Position numbers and translations under genes: made by a program. A model generated the notes under the pieces. That model was not told the origin of the DNA, searched no databases, and saw only the letters and a list, made by a program, of their open reading frames with translations. From Gemmata obscuriglobus (GTDB lineage: Bacteria > Planctomycetota > Planctomycetia > Gemmatales > Gemmataceae), in contig NZ_CP042911.1 in the NCBI RefSeq assembly GCF_008065095.1, forward strand, positions 180,001-212,000: a DNA stretch of 32,000 bases. Reading direction: 5' to 3'. This document shows, piece after piece, positions 7,330-16,201 of this stretch (its first letter is position 1; every line of letters begins with the position of its first letter).

Positions 7330-9756
7330 ATGAGTATCGCACCCGCACCGGCCGGCACCTTGACCCCCCTTCCCGTGGGCCGGCTCGTCGGGGTCGGGGC
7401 CGTCATTTTCTTCGCGAACGCGGCCCTCCTCGTGCTGCAACTGGTCGCGGGTCGGCTGTTGAGCCCGTACATCGGCTCCAGCCTGGAAACGTGGACCGCG
7501 GTGATCGGCGTGTTCCTCGCCGGGATCGCGCTGGGGAACGCCTTCGGCGGGAAGCTGGCCGATCGCTATCCCACCCCGAAGACGCTCGCGGTGCTGCTCG
7601 CCGTCGGCGGGCTGACGGCCCTGTGGATGATGCTGTTCCCGCAACTGCTCGGCGCCACGGGCCTGCACAAGTCCCTCCCGCTCGGGCCGCGCATACTGAT
7701 CCTGGCCGCGGCCCTGTGCCTGCCCGCGGGATTCGTGCTGAGCCTGCTCACCCCGCTCGCGATCAAGCTCGGGCTGCCGGACGTGGGGCACACCGGTCGC
7801 GTCGCGGGCGTCATCTTCGCCCTCAGCACGCTCGGGTGCCTCATCGGGAACTACGTGACTGGGTTTTACCTGATCCCGGTACTCACGATCAACGCGCTGG
7901 TGCTGGCGGCGGCCGGGGGGTTGTTCGCCCTCGCCGGCGTGGCACTGGCGATGGGGCGCGCTGCGTCGGCCGCCCCGGAGGGAGAGAAGGGGGAATCCGA
8001 TTCGTCGGTGGCGGGGGCGCCGCGGATCAACCCGCACGCGTTCCCGAGCATCGCCCGGGCGTACCTCGTCGTGTTCCTCGCGAGCTTCTGCGGAATGACG
8101 CTCGAACTCACCGCGACGCGGATGCTGGCGCAGCAACTGGGGGTGTCGCTGTTCACCTGGACCGGCGTCATCGGCGTGATGCTCGCCGGCACCGCGCTGG
8201 GGAACTTCGTCGGCGGGCAACTCGCCGACGGGGTGAATAAGCCCGGGCGGGGTTTGAACCCGCGCCTCGCGCTCGGCTGGACCCTGTGCGGTGCCGCGGG
8301 GTCGGTGGTCCTCGCGCTGCTCGTCTACGCGGTCCTCTCGCGCACCGAGACGTACGCGAACCTGGACGCGATCACCCAGGTGCTCGCGTGGACCTTCAGC
8401 CTGTTCTTCTTGCCCATGTTCCTGTTGGGGCTGGTGTCGCCGCAGGTGATCCGGCTCGCGGTTCCCGACGTCGCGCACGCGGGCCGGGTCGCGGGGCGCG
8501 TGTACGCGTGGAGCACCGCTGGGGCCATCGTCGGGACATTCGCCACCGGCTATGTCCTGCTTTCCACTCTGGGGATGCGGAACACGTTACTTCTCGCCGG
8601 CCTGATTCTGATCGCCACCAGCATGATCGTCGCGCGGGTGTGGGAGAACAACTCGCTGCTGTACCTGTTCAGCATCGTCCTCGGGGGCGTGGTCGGCGGG
8701 TTCATCCTGGGCATCCGCAGCGCCAACGAAGAGGGGTTGGTGGCGCGGGTCGAATCGAACTACTACACGATCAAGGTGACCGAGGTGGAAGGCGACGAGC
8801 CGATCCGGAAGCTCACCCTGGACCACCTGATCCACTCCAGCGTGAAGCTGCTCGACCCGTCGTACCTGTACTACGAGCACGAGCACATCCAGATGGAGTT
8901 CCTGCGCCTGGCACGGACCGACGCCCCGGAGCCGAAAGCGCTGGTGATCGGCGGCGGCGGGTACACGTTCCCGCGGTACGCCCAAGAACTCATGCCCGAA
9001 TCGAAGATCGACGTGGTGGAGATCGACCCGAAGGTCACGCAGGTCGCGCGCGAGCACCTCGGGCTGCATGACTACCCGAACATGCGGGCGATCCACATGG
9101 ACGGCCGGCAGTTCGTGGCGGAGCAGGTGCCCGTCGGCACCTACGACCTCGTCATTCAGGACGCGGTGAACGACCTGTCGGTGCCCGCACACCTGATGAC
9201 CAAGGAGTACAACGACGCGGTCAAGGTGGCGCTGAAAAAGGACGGCGTGTACCTGCTCACCATCATCGATTCGGTCGGCTACGGGAAGCTGTGGAAGGCC
9301 GCAATGGCGACCCTGCGCCAGTCGTTCCCGCCCGAGAACGTGGTGCTGCTCACCGCGGAGGGCCCCGCCCCGGGCGAGTCGATCGACGCGTGGGATAAGA
9401 ACCGGCGGGTGCTGGTGATCTACGCCTCCGACAAGCCGTTTAACTTCACGGACCTCAGCAACGTGGTCGCCGCGCAGCTCCCGTCGGACGTGCGGTTGCG
9501 GAAGATCGGTGGCGCGCTCGGTTTCGATATGGGGTTCGTTGAACTGCCCGGCGGCGGACCGGTTCCGTACACCGCCCGGTCGATGGTGGCGGAGCGCGCC
9601 GAGTACCTGCGCCGGCTTCGGATCTTCACCACCGTGGTTCCCGCGGACCGGCTCAAGCCGTACACCGACCGCGAAGCCGGCGTCGTTCTGACCGACCAGT
9701 TTTGCCCGATCGATAACCTCATGGCCGAGGTGTTCCGCCAGCGGAACAAGCCGTAG
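7330..9756 (+). CDS. Fused polytopic membrane (MFS-like) / spermidine-synthase-like protein
   Basis: 808 aa with an ATG start. The N-terminal ~450 aa form two similar blocks of TM helices, each with G.LLSPY.GSS..TWT.VIG..LAG.ALGN..GG.LAD-like motifs. The C-terminal part has a class I methyltransferase / spermidine synthase fold (ALVIGGGGYTFPRY...VVEIDPKVT..A...LGL...IHMDGRQFV...YDLVIQDAVND). Confidence 0.9.
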   Translation: MSIAPAPAGTLTPLPVGRLVGVGAVIFFANAALLVLQLVAGRLLSPYIGSSLETWTAVIGVFLAGIALGNAFGGKLADRYPTPKTLAVLLAVGGLTALWMMLFPQLLGATGLHKSLPLGPRILILAAALCLPAGFVLSLLTPLAIKLGLPDVGHTGRVAGVIFALSTLGCLIGNYVTGFYLIPVLTINALVLAAAGGLFALAGVALAMGRAASAAPEGEKGESDSSVAGAPRINPHAFPSIARAYLVVFLASFCGMTLELTATRMLAQQLGVSLFTWTGVIGVMLAGTALGNFVGGQLADGVNKPGRGLNPRLALGWTLCGAAGSVVLALLVYAVLSRTETYANLDAITQVLAWTFSLFFLPMFLLGLVSPQVIRLAVPDVAHAGRVAGRVYAWSTAGAIVGTFATGYVLLSTLGMRNTLLLAGLILIATSMIVARVWENNSLLYLFSIVLGGVVGGFILGIRSANEEGLVARVESNYYTIKVTEVEGDEPIRKLTLDHLIHSSVKLLDPSYLYYEHEHIQMEFLRLARTDAPEPKALVIGGGGYTFPRYAQELMPESKIDVVEIDPKVTQVAREHLGLHDYPNMRAIHMDGRQFVAEQVPVGTYDLVIQDAVNDLSVPAHLMTKEYNDAVKVALKKDGVYLLTIIDSVGYGKLWKAAMATLRQSFPPENVVLLTAEGPAPGESIDAWDKNRRVLVIYASDKPFNFTDLSNVVAAQLPSDVRLRKIGGALGFDMGFVELPGGGPVPYTARSMVAERAEYLRRLRIFTTVVPADRLKPYTDREAGVVLTDQFCPIDNLMAEVFRQRNKP

Positions 9757-9768
9757 CAACAGCCAAGA

Positions 9769-9935
9769 AGAAGAGGATTGGCCGCAAACGGAAATTACAG
9801 ACGAATGCGGAAGAGGATTGGCCACAAAAAAGCACAAAGGGCACAAAAGGAAACCACAGACGAAGACGAAGGAGCAAGTTCAAACTCTTCTCTATCTGCT
9901 TTGGTTTCCTTTTGTGCCCTTTGTGCTTTCTTGTG
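9769..9935. repeat. Left part of a long nested palindromic intergenic element (outer repeat R1, 57-nt left arm, ~45-nt loop, first 34 nt of the right arm)
   Basis: The left arm 9800-9856 (gacgaatgcggaagaggattggccacaaaaaagcacaaagggcacaaaaggaaacca) is the reverse complement of 9902-9935 plus 11449-11471, with one mismatch. The outer copy agaagaggattggccgcaa (9769-9787) pairs with 11474-11492. Confidence 0.8.
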
Positions 9936-11439
9936 GCCAGGCCATTCACGGTGGGCTACTCTTGTTTACGTGCCTTAATTTTTGTCCGGCTGCTCTTCCG
10001 TTCGTCTTCGAGTAACCGGGCGGTCGAGACATGCGGGCTATTGTCGTTGATGCGCGGGGGCTTCTGTTTCGTCGGTTTACGAGGCGGTGCCTTCTGGACC
10101 TTCTTCAGGTTGATCTTCGCGGCCCAGTCCCGAAGCTGCGGGGCCAGTTGGTCGGCCGAGAGGGTACCGAACACGACCCACTCGGCCGGAGGGAGGGCGA
10201 TCATCATGCCCGGGTACACGGTGGCCCATTCCAAGGCCACGTAGTACCCGGATACATCCTTCTGCACCGTGTCCGCTCCGTGTACCGCTCGCATTGCGGC
10301 CTTGAGCACCGCGAGCACGTTGTACCCCACCACCGCCACCGCGAACCCGAACAGGGCCGCCTTCGGATACCCGAGCGTGTTCACCTCGCACCGCAGCGCC
10401 ACGGTCAGCTCGTGGAACGCGCCTTCGATGGCCCACCGCCCCCGATACACGACGGCCACCACCACCGCGTCCGCCTCGTCCTCCGGCAGGTTGGTCAGGA
10501 TCTCGATCTCCGCGTCCCCGTCTCCGGTCGGATGATCCAACCGCACGCGCACGCACCGTACCCGCAGCACCGGCTCACCGCCCACGCACACCCACACCGG
10601 TCGCTCGCTCACCCACCCGGTCGCGGTGCGCACGTCCGGGGTCCATTCCCCGGCCGGGTCGAGTGTGGTGTTCCCGTGTCGGCGGATCGCGAAGAACGCG
10701 CCCCGCTGATCGATCCGGGACACGAACTCGGCGGTGCAGAAGTTCCGATCCGCGACCCACACCTGGTCCGGTTGCACCAGCGGCACCACCTGATCCAAAA
10801 GAGCCCGCTCCTGGGTGTGACCGTCCTCGCATGGGATCAGGTCCGTGATCCGCATCTGGGCCGGATCCAGAACCGCAAGGACCAGCCCCGGGAGCGGTCC
10901 GGCGGTGCGCCCGCGGGTCACCCGGAGCCGCTTCTGGGTGGCCCCCAAGTGATTCCCGTCCAGAACCCGAACGGCCCGGCCGGACAGCACCGGCGAGCGC
11001 TCCCCACCCAACTGCTGGATCAGCTCGTGGCACCGATCCGCCACGTGCCGCACCAACGCGGCCGACACCGCCGGCTCAAGATGTTGCAGCTTCTCGTACA
11101 CCGACTTCAGGGACACCGGGATCCGGTCCGCCATCTGCTGATACGCCGATTGCACATGGTGCGCCTTACCGCACACCACCGCGCTCATCAGCTCCACCAC
11201 CGTGGAGAACAACAGCTCCCGAGTGTACCCGCGCTCCGCCACCCGTGCGAACAACGCATCCAGAGCCGAAGCCGACAGCGCGTGTTCGATCGTGGCACGG
11301 GACATGACGCTTAATGGGCTCTCGTTCATGAATCGCTCGAACACGGCGCCAAGAATCATGAGCCCGTCCGTCCGTAGAGCACACTAATCGTTCCCTGGAA
11401 ACACCTTACAATTACGGACGGCACCGTGAATGGCCTGGC
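9936..11439 (-). mobile_element. IS4-family insertion sequence, 1504 bp, complete
   Basis: Terminal inverted repeats of 18 bp: gccaggccattcacggtg (9936-9953) and caccgtgaatggcctggc (11422-11439). A 9-bp direct target duplication tttcttgtg flanks it (9927-9935 and 11440-11448). It carries a single DDE transposase ORF. Confidence 0.85.
9956..11359 (-). CDS. IS4-family DDE transposase
   Basis: 467 aa. It fills the element between the inverted repeats. VWVADRNF is a candidate catalytic Asp region. YRGRWAIEGAFHEL fits the IS4 Y-x2-R-x3-E signature. Confidence 0.85.
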   Translation of the reverse strand: MILGAVFERFMNESPLSVMSRATIEHALSASALDALFARVAERGYTRELLFSTVVELMSAVVCGKAHHVQSAYQQMADRIPVSLKSVYEKLQHLEPAVSAALVRHVADRCHELIQQLGGERSPVLSGRAVRVLDGNHLGATQKRLRVTRGRTAGPLPGLVLAVLDPAQMRITDLIPCEDGHTQERALLDQVVPLVQPDQVWVADRNFCTAEFVSRIDQRGAFFAIRRHGNTTLDPAGEWTPDVRTATGWVSERPVWVCVGGEPVLRVRCVRVRLDHPTGDGDAEIEILTNLPEDEADAVVVAVVYRGRWAIEGAFHELTVALRCEVNTLGYPKAALFGFAVAVVGYNVLAVLKAAMRAVHGADTVQKDVSGYYVALEWATVYPGMMIALPPAEWVVFGTLSADQLAPQLRDWAAKINLKKVQKAPPRKPTKQKPPRINDNSPHVSTARLLEDERKSSRTKIKARKQE

Positions 11440-11448
11440 TTTCTTGTG

Positions 11449-11492
11449 GCCAATCCTCTTCCGCATTCGTCCCTTGTGGCCAATCCTCTTCT
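11449..11492. repeat. Right part of the nested palindromic element (rest of the right arm plus outer repeat R1')
   Basis: gccaatcctcttccgcattcgtc (11449-11471) completes the right arm interrupted by the IS. ttgtggccaatcctcttct (11474-11492) is the inverted copy of 9769-9787. The element ends 8 nt from the rlmI-like stop codon. Confidence 0.8.
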
Positions 11493-11500
11493 GCCCTCAC

Positions 11501-12688
11501 TCACAGCACACGACTGACGAGGCACTTGAGGTAGCCGGACTCGCGGCACGTCACCGCGACCGGGTGGTCCGGGGCGGGGCCGCGGCGCTCGACGATCTGC
11601 ACGTCCCGCTTCGCCTCGACGGCGACCTGCGCGAGCATCTCTTCGAGGTCCAGCATGGTGATCAGGCCGGTGCAGCAGCACGACACCAGCACGCCGTCCG
11701 GGGCGAGCAGCTTCAGCGCGAGCTGGTGCAACCGCCGGTAGCCCTTGAGCGCCTCCGGGATCGCCCCCCGGTTCCGGGCGAACTTCGGCGGGTCCAGCAC
11801 CACCACGTCGAACTTCCGCCCCGACGTGGCGAGCGTGCCGAGGTGGTTGAACACGTTCACGCGCTCGAACGCCACGTTTTCGAGGCCGTTGAGGGCCGCG
11901 TTCCGGCGGGCCAGTTCCAGCGCCGGCTCGGAGCCGTCGAGGCACAGCACCTCGGCGGCGCCCGCGCGGGCCGCGTGCAACCCGAACCCGCCCGAGTAAC
12001 AGAACGCGTCCAGGAACCGCTTTCCGGGGGCCAGACGCGCCACCGCGGCGCGGTTGTCGCGCTGGTCGAGGTAGTAGCCGGTCTTTTGCCCCTCGGTGAG
12101 GTTCACCAGGAACCGCATCCCGTTTTCGAGAATGCTGAGGTCGGGCGGGGGCGGCTCGCCCCAGAGCAACTGGTCGTGCAGCTCAACGCCTTCGAGCTTG
12201 CCGACGCCCTTTTCGGTGCGCAGGTAGATGCCCTTCGGGTTCAGCAGCTCGCGGAGCGCGGACACGATCGTCTCGCGGCGGCTCGCGATCCCGAGGGCCG
12301 TGAACTGCACCGTGAGCCAGTCGCCGTAGCGGTCCACCACCATGCCCGAGAGGTAGTCGGACTCGCTGAAGCAAACGCGGTAGCCCGCGTCCGGCCCGTT
12401 CAGCTTCAGCACGTCGTGCCGCAGCCGGAGGGCCGTCGCGAGCCGGTTGCGGAAGAAAGCCTCGTCGAGCGGAACGTTCTCTTCCCACGAGTACAGCCGC
12501 ACGTGGATCTTCGACTGCGAGTTGAACAGCCCGCGGGCGACGAAGTTGCCGCCGTGCGACACCAGATCGACCTCGGCGCCGTCGGCGGGCGCGCCCTCGA
12601 CGCGCTCGATCGCCCCGGCGAACACCCATGGGTGGCGCCCGAAGAACGGCTGCGCACGCTTGGCCTTCAAGATCACTTTCGCGGACAT
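11501..12688 (-). CDS. rlmI: 23S rRNA m5C methyltransferase RlmI-like (PUA domain plus class I SAM-dependent methyltransferase)
   Basis: 395 aa. From memory it is colinear with E. coli RlmI: RHPWVF.GA...VEG near the N-terminus, GQKTGYYLDQRDNR, FDVVVLDPPKF, CSCS-like CCCTG, and ADHPV...PE..YLK at the C-terminus. Confidence 0.85.
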   Translation of the reverse strand: MSAKVILKAKRAQPFFGRHPWVFAGAIERVEGAPADGAEVDLVSHGGNFVARGLFNSQSKIHVRLYSWEENVPLDEAFFRNRLATALRLRHDVLKLNGPDAGYRVCFSESDYLSGMVVDRYGDWLTVQFTALGIASRRETIVSALRELLNPKGIYLRTEKGVGKLEGVELHDQLLWGEPPPPDLSILENGMRFLVNLTEGQKTGYYLDQRDNRAAVARLAPGKRFLDAFCYSGGFGLHAARAGAAEVLCLDGSEPALELARRNAALNGLENVAFERVNVFNHLGTLATSGRKFDVVVLDPPKFARNRGAIPEALKGYRRLHQLALKLLAPDGVLVSCCCTGLITMLDLEEMLAQVAVEAKRDVQIVERRGPAPDHPVAVTCRESGYLKCLVSRVL

Positions 12689-12795
12689 GATTCCCCCAAA
12701 AGGCGATCGGGGGGCGTGAGCCCCCCGAGTTCGCCGACGGTTTTTCGGTCACACATAACATCAGGTAAGGCCAGGCGGCCTGACGAGCCGGGGCG

Positions 12796-13227
12796 TCACT
12801 GCAGCCCCTGTTGGACCCGCCCGAGGTACGCGAGCGCGCGATCGATCTGGGTCGGCTCGGCGCGGCTGTCGAGCATCGCCCGCACCCGGAGCAGCAGCTC
12901 GGTCTTGTTGATCGGTTTCGTGATGAAGTCGTCGGTGCCCGCGTCCACCGCCGTCTCGACGTCGTTGGGCTGGTCCAGCGCGGTGACCATCAGCACCGCA
13001 ACGCCCGCCGTGGCCGGGTCCGCGCGGAGCCGCCGGCACACCTCGAACCCGCTCATCTTCGGCATCATCACGTCGAGCAGGATCAGGTCCGGGTTCCACT
13101 CGCGCGCCGCGGCCAGCGCGTCGGCCCCGTTGTGGACCAACTTCGTCTCGAACCCGGAGCCGTCCAGGTGCGCGTCGAGCAGGTCCGCGTTGGACGGGTT
13201 GTCGTCGGCGATCAGAATGCGCGGCAT
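12796..13227 (-). CDS. Single-domain response regulator (CheY-like receiver)
   Basis: This is the 3' part of track ORF 12796..14136, with the start set at ATG 13227 (MPRILIADDNPSNADLL...). It has the receiver acidic pocket DD, the phospho-acceptor context LILLDVMMPKMSG, and downstream T and K (MVTALD, FITKP). There is no output domain. Confidence 0.9.
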   Translation of the reverse strand: MPRILIADDNPSNADLLDAHLDGSGFETKLVHNGADALAAAREWNPDLILLDVMMPKMSGFEVCRRLRADPATAGVAVLMVTALDQPNDVETAVDAGTDDFITKPINKTELLLRVRAMLDSRAEPTQIDRALAYLGRVQQGLQ

Positions 13228-13284
13228 CTTGTTCCCCTGTATCCTTCCACCAGGGAGCATTATAAGCGCCGCGCGGGACGAGCC

Positions 13285-14307
13285 ATGAGAGTGATCCTGA
13301 ACTCGCGCCACGCGGACCACGCGGCGCCCGGGGAGTTCGAGGCCGGGGCGGTCATCCCGTGCCACGAGGCGCCGGGGCGGTGCGGCGCGATCCGCGGCGC
13401 GCTCGAGGCGGCCGGGGGCTTCACTTTCGAGGACGCCGCGCAGAACGAAGGGTGCGTCGCGGCGGTCCACCACCCCGCGTACGTCGCGTACCTGCGCGGA
13501 GCCAGTGCCGAGGCCAGGCACGCGAAAGGCGGCGGACTGAATTCGTTCTGGCCCACCGTTTTTCCCTTCGGGCCGAACCCCCGCGCCCGTGGCGCGCACG
13601 CCCTCCGCGGCACGTACTGTTTCGACGTTTACACCCCGATTCTGCCCGGAACGTTTGGCGCGGCCCTCGGAGGCGCCAGTGCCGCGTTCCGGGCGGCTGA
13701 ACTGGTGGCCGCGGGGGCCGAAAAGCAGGTGTACGTTCTGACCCGCCCGCCGGGGCACCACGCAGAACACGACCGCTGCGGCGGGTACTGCTACTTCAAC
13801 AACGCGGCGGTCGCGGCGCAACACCTGTCGCGCCTGGGCAAAGTGGCAGTGCTCGATCTCGACGTTCACCATGGGAACGGGACCCAGCACATCTTCTACG
13901 ACCGCGCGGACGTGCTGACCGTGTCGGTCCACGGCGACCCGGCCGGGTTGTACCCGTTCTTCAGCGGGTTCGCAGACGAAACGGGCACCGGCGCCGGCCT
14001 CGGTGCGAACGTGAACGTTCCGCTTCCGCCCGGCACCGGCCCGCACGAGTACCGACCGGCCCTCGCGCGGGCGCTCGACGCGGTAGCGCGGTTCCGTCCG
14101 GAGTTCCTGGTGCTCGCGTTCGGTGCGGACACACACGAGGCCGACCCGATCGGCGGGCTCAAGTTGCCGACCGGCTTCTTCGGCGAAATGGGGGCCGCGG
14201 TTCGTGGCTTGGGGCTGCCGACGGTGATCGTTCAGGAGGGCGGGTACGACCTCGGGGCGCTCGGCGCGAGCGCGGTCGCCCTGTTGGGCGGCTTTGAAGC
14301 TCGTTGA
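13285..14307 (+). CDS. Histone deacetylase-family zinc amidohydrolase (HDAC/AcuC/acetylpolyamine amidohydrolase-like)
   Basis: This is the 3' part of track ORF 12811..14307, with the start at ATG 13285 (MRVILNSRHADH...). Catalytic signatures are RPPGHHAE, CYFNNAA, LDLDVHHGNGTQ and a C-terminal EGGY. Confidence 0.9.
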   Translation: MRVILNSRHADHAAPGEFEAGAVIPCHEAPGRCGAIRGALEAAGGFTFEDAAQNEGCVAAVHHPAYVAYLRGASAEARHAKGGGLNSFWPTVFPFGPNPRARGAHALRGTYCFDVYTPILPGTFGAALGGASAAFRAAELVAAGAEKQVYVLTRPPGHHAEHDRCGGYCYFNNAAVAAQHLSRLGKVAVLDLDVHHGNGTQHIFYDRADVLTVSVHGDPAGLYPFFSGFADETGTGAGLGANVNVPLPPGTGPHEYRPALARALDAVARFRPEFLVLAFGADTHEADPIGGLKLPTGFFGEMGAAVRGLGLPTVIVQEGGYDLGALGASAVALLGGFEAR

Positions 14308-14320
14308 TGTGTTGTGGAAC

Positions 14321-14364
14321 GAACGGAGCCGGGGCGGAACTCACGTTCCGCCCCGGCTCCGTTC
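14321..14364. terminator. Perfect 20-bp stem / 4-nt loop hairpin between convergent genes (putative bidirectional terminator)
   Basis: gaacggagccggggcggaac-tcac-gttccgccccggctccgttc. It lies between the HDAC-like stop (14307) and the HU-like stop (14378). There is no clear U tract. Confidence 0.6.
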
Positions 14365-14377
14365 ACGACCCATTCGC

Positions 14378-14764
14378 TCACGCGAGTTCCGTTTTGATCG
14401 ACTTGACCGGGCGGATGTTCACCTTGTTGTACGCCGGCCGGGGCTGGGTCACGTACGGCTGTTTGTTGAGCGGGTTGATCTTCGTTTCGCCGCCCTTCCG
14501 TTCCGCGACCTGGGACAGCGACATGCGAGCCAGCCCCGGGAACACGAACTTGCCCGGACCGTTCGGCCCGAGCTGAGCCTTCACCGCGTCGACGATCGCG
14601 TCGAGCACCCCCTCCACCTGTTTTTTGCTCAGCTCTGTTTTCTCGGACAGTTGCGCTACCAGTTGCGACTTGGTCAGAGCCTTCTTAACGACGGCCTTCT
14701 TGGCCGCCTTCGCCGCGGGCTTGGCCGCGGCGGATTTGGCCGCCGACTTGGCTGCCTTCGCCAT
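14378..14764 (-). CDS. HU/IHF-family DNA-binding protein with an N-terminal Lys/Ala-rich (histone H1-like) tail
   Basis: This is the 3' part of track ORF 14378..14881, with the start at ATG 14764 preceded by GGAGG. It has a 30-aa tail, MAKAAKSAAKSAAAKPAAKAAKKAVVKKAL. The HU fold follows (TKSQLVAQLSEKTELSKKQVEGVLDAIVDAV...GKFVFPGLARMSL..V..RKGGETKINPLNKQPYV). Confidence 0.9.
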   Translation of the reverse strand: MAKAAKSAAKSAAAKPAAKAAKKAVVKKALTKSQLVAQLSEKTELSKKQVEGVLDAIVDAVKAQLGPNGPGKFVFPGLARMSLSQVAERKGGETKINPLNKQPYVTQPRPAYNKVNIRPVKSIKTELA

Positions 14765-14808
14765 AGCAGGTCCTCCAAAAGAGGGAGTAAAAACCGGAAT
14801 CTGCTTGA

Positions 14809-14838
14809 AAACTAAGGGTTTCCGCAGCGGGTTGTCAA
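14809..14838 (-). promoter_or_regulatory. Putative sigma70-type promoter of the HU-like gene
   Basis: On the minus strand, TTGACA (14838-14833), an 18-nt spacer, then TAGTTT (14814-9). This is about 45 nt upstream of the ATG. A 6-bp inverted repeat gttgtc-aacac-gacaac overlaps the -35 box. Based on pattern match only. Confidence 0.3.
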
Positions 14839-15071
14839 CACGACAACGCGAAATCACTTGAAATATCTGGCATTTTCGCACCCGAACCCCTCTTGTAACG
14901 CGGTTTGTACGTGTTTTTCAGCCTTTCACGGCCCTACATACGGTACGCGCCCTACGCGCGCCACCGGCACCAGCCGGCCGGGCACGAACCCGGAAGTGGC
15001 TTCGCGCGTCCTCGCTCACGGGCGTAACGAGAGCGGCGGGTGGGGTTGCGCGTGTCGCGAGGGCCGATCTG

Positions 15072-16199
15072 ATGAACCTGGTTTCGCGCGTGTCACTAAT
15101 GGCCCTCGGCCCGCTGGCCGGCGCGGTCTGCCGGGCCGCCGGCGCCGCCGCGCTCAGTGAAGGGGCCGCGAGTGTCGGCCGGGCCATTGCCGAGCGGTTC
15201 ACCGATCGCAGCCTCCGCGCTACCGAGGCGCTCGCGCACGCCTCCGACCGGGCCTGGGCTGCGATTGAAGGCGCGCTGAGCGGTGAATCCGTGATCACGT
15301 TGGCTGATCGGGCGGACGATAAGGCGCTGCGTGAGCAGATCCGGTTGTTCGTTCTGAACGCCCAATTGAACTGCGGGCTCGGTGCCGACGCCGATTTCGC
15401 GCCGCGGTGCCTGGCCGAGTTGCGGTCCGCGCGGGTCCTGGGTTTGCTGGACGGTGCGGCCGACCCGGCGGCGCTCGCGAACCGGCTTGGCGACCTCGCG
15501 CACTTCAGCGACCCGGCCGCGGTTGTCCGCGAGCAGTGGGCGCTGGCCGACGAAATCGCCGTCGAGCTGCGCGCCTGCGGGTTCGGAACGTTGGCCGCAC
15601 TGCTGACCCTGCGCCCGGTCGGTGACGCCAACGCCGACCCGTTGCTGGCGGTCACGGTGCGGTACTACTTCCGCCGCGCAGTGGAGGAGGATCCGCGGCT
15701 GTTCCAGGGCTTCACGTTCTCGCAGCTCGAGGTGATCGGCCGCACGCAGGAGAACGCCGCGACCGCGCTCGCGGGTGTCGCCGCCCGCCTGGACGCGCTC
15801 CACGAGACGCTCCGGGATCAGGAGTTGCCGTTTGCGGACGAGGTCGTGGACGTACCGGAGCCGTCGGTCGCGGATCGGTTCCGCGAACAAACCAACGGCG
15901 TGGTCGCGGCGTCGCCGGACGGCACCCGTGTCCTCGGCGGATCGAAGTACGACGGGAAGCTTCGGCTGTTTGACGCACGGACCGGCAAGGAACTGCGCCG
16001 ACTGGCGGGCCACACGGGCTGGGTCGTTTGCGTCGCGTTTTCGCCCGACGGCGCGAAGGCGCTGTCCGGCGGTGCGGACGGTTCCGTGAAGATGTGGGAG
16101 GTCGCGACCGGTAAATTGGTCCGCGCCTGGCCGCCGAAGCGCGGGGCTCCACCGGCGGCGATCGGGTTTACCGCCGACGGGCGCCCGCGGCTCGTGTGA
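15072..16199 (+). CDS. Protein with an Ala-rich helical N-terminal domain and only about 2.5 WD40 repeats (probably 3'-truncated)
   Basis: 375 aa. The C-terminus shows WD40 units (SPDGTRVLGGSKYDGKLRLFD; GHTGWVVCVAFSPDGAKALSGGADGSVKMWE; IGFTADGRPRLV*). It stops mid-repeat exactly where G+C drops, at about 16200. Confidence 0.65.
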   Translation: MNLVSRVSLMALGPLAGAVCRAAGAAALSEGAASVGRAIAERFTDRSLRATEALAHASDRAWAAIEGALSGESVITLADRADDKALREQIRLFVLNAQLNCGLGADADFAPRCLAELRSARVLGLLDGAADPAALANRLGDLAHFSDPAAVVREQWALADEIAVELRACGFGTLAALLTLRPVGDANADPLLAVTVRYYFRRAVEEDPRLFQGFTFSQLEVIGRTQENAATALAGVAARLDALHETLRDQELPFADEVVDVPEPSVADRFREQTNGVVAASPDGTRVLGGSKYDGKLRLFDARTGKELRRLAGHTGWVVCVAFSPDGAKALSGGADGSVKMWEVATGKLVRAWPPKRGAPPAAIGFTADGRPRLV

Positions 16200-16201
16200 C
16201 G

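Noticed and set aside
9719-10015. Small ORFs on both strands encoding similar peptides (…KHKGHKRKP…WFPFVPFVL.CGQ…)
   Set aside because: They arise because the DNA is a long palindrome, so both strands read alike. One runs across the IS boundary. They are better explained as a structured repeat element than as genes.
12811-13284. N-terminal extension of the HDAC-like ORF (the track start at 12811 gives 498 aa)
   Set aside because: The extension lies entirely antisense to the well-supported response-regulator gene and has shadow-ORF composition. The HDAC fold begins right after ATG 13285.
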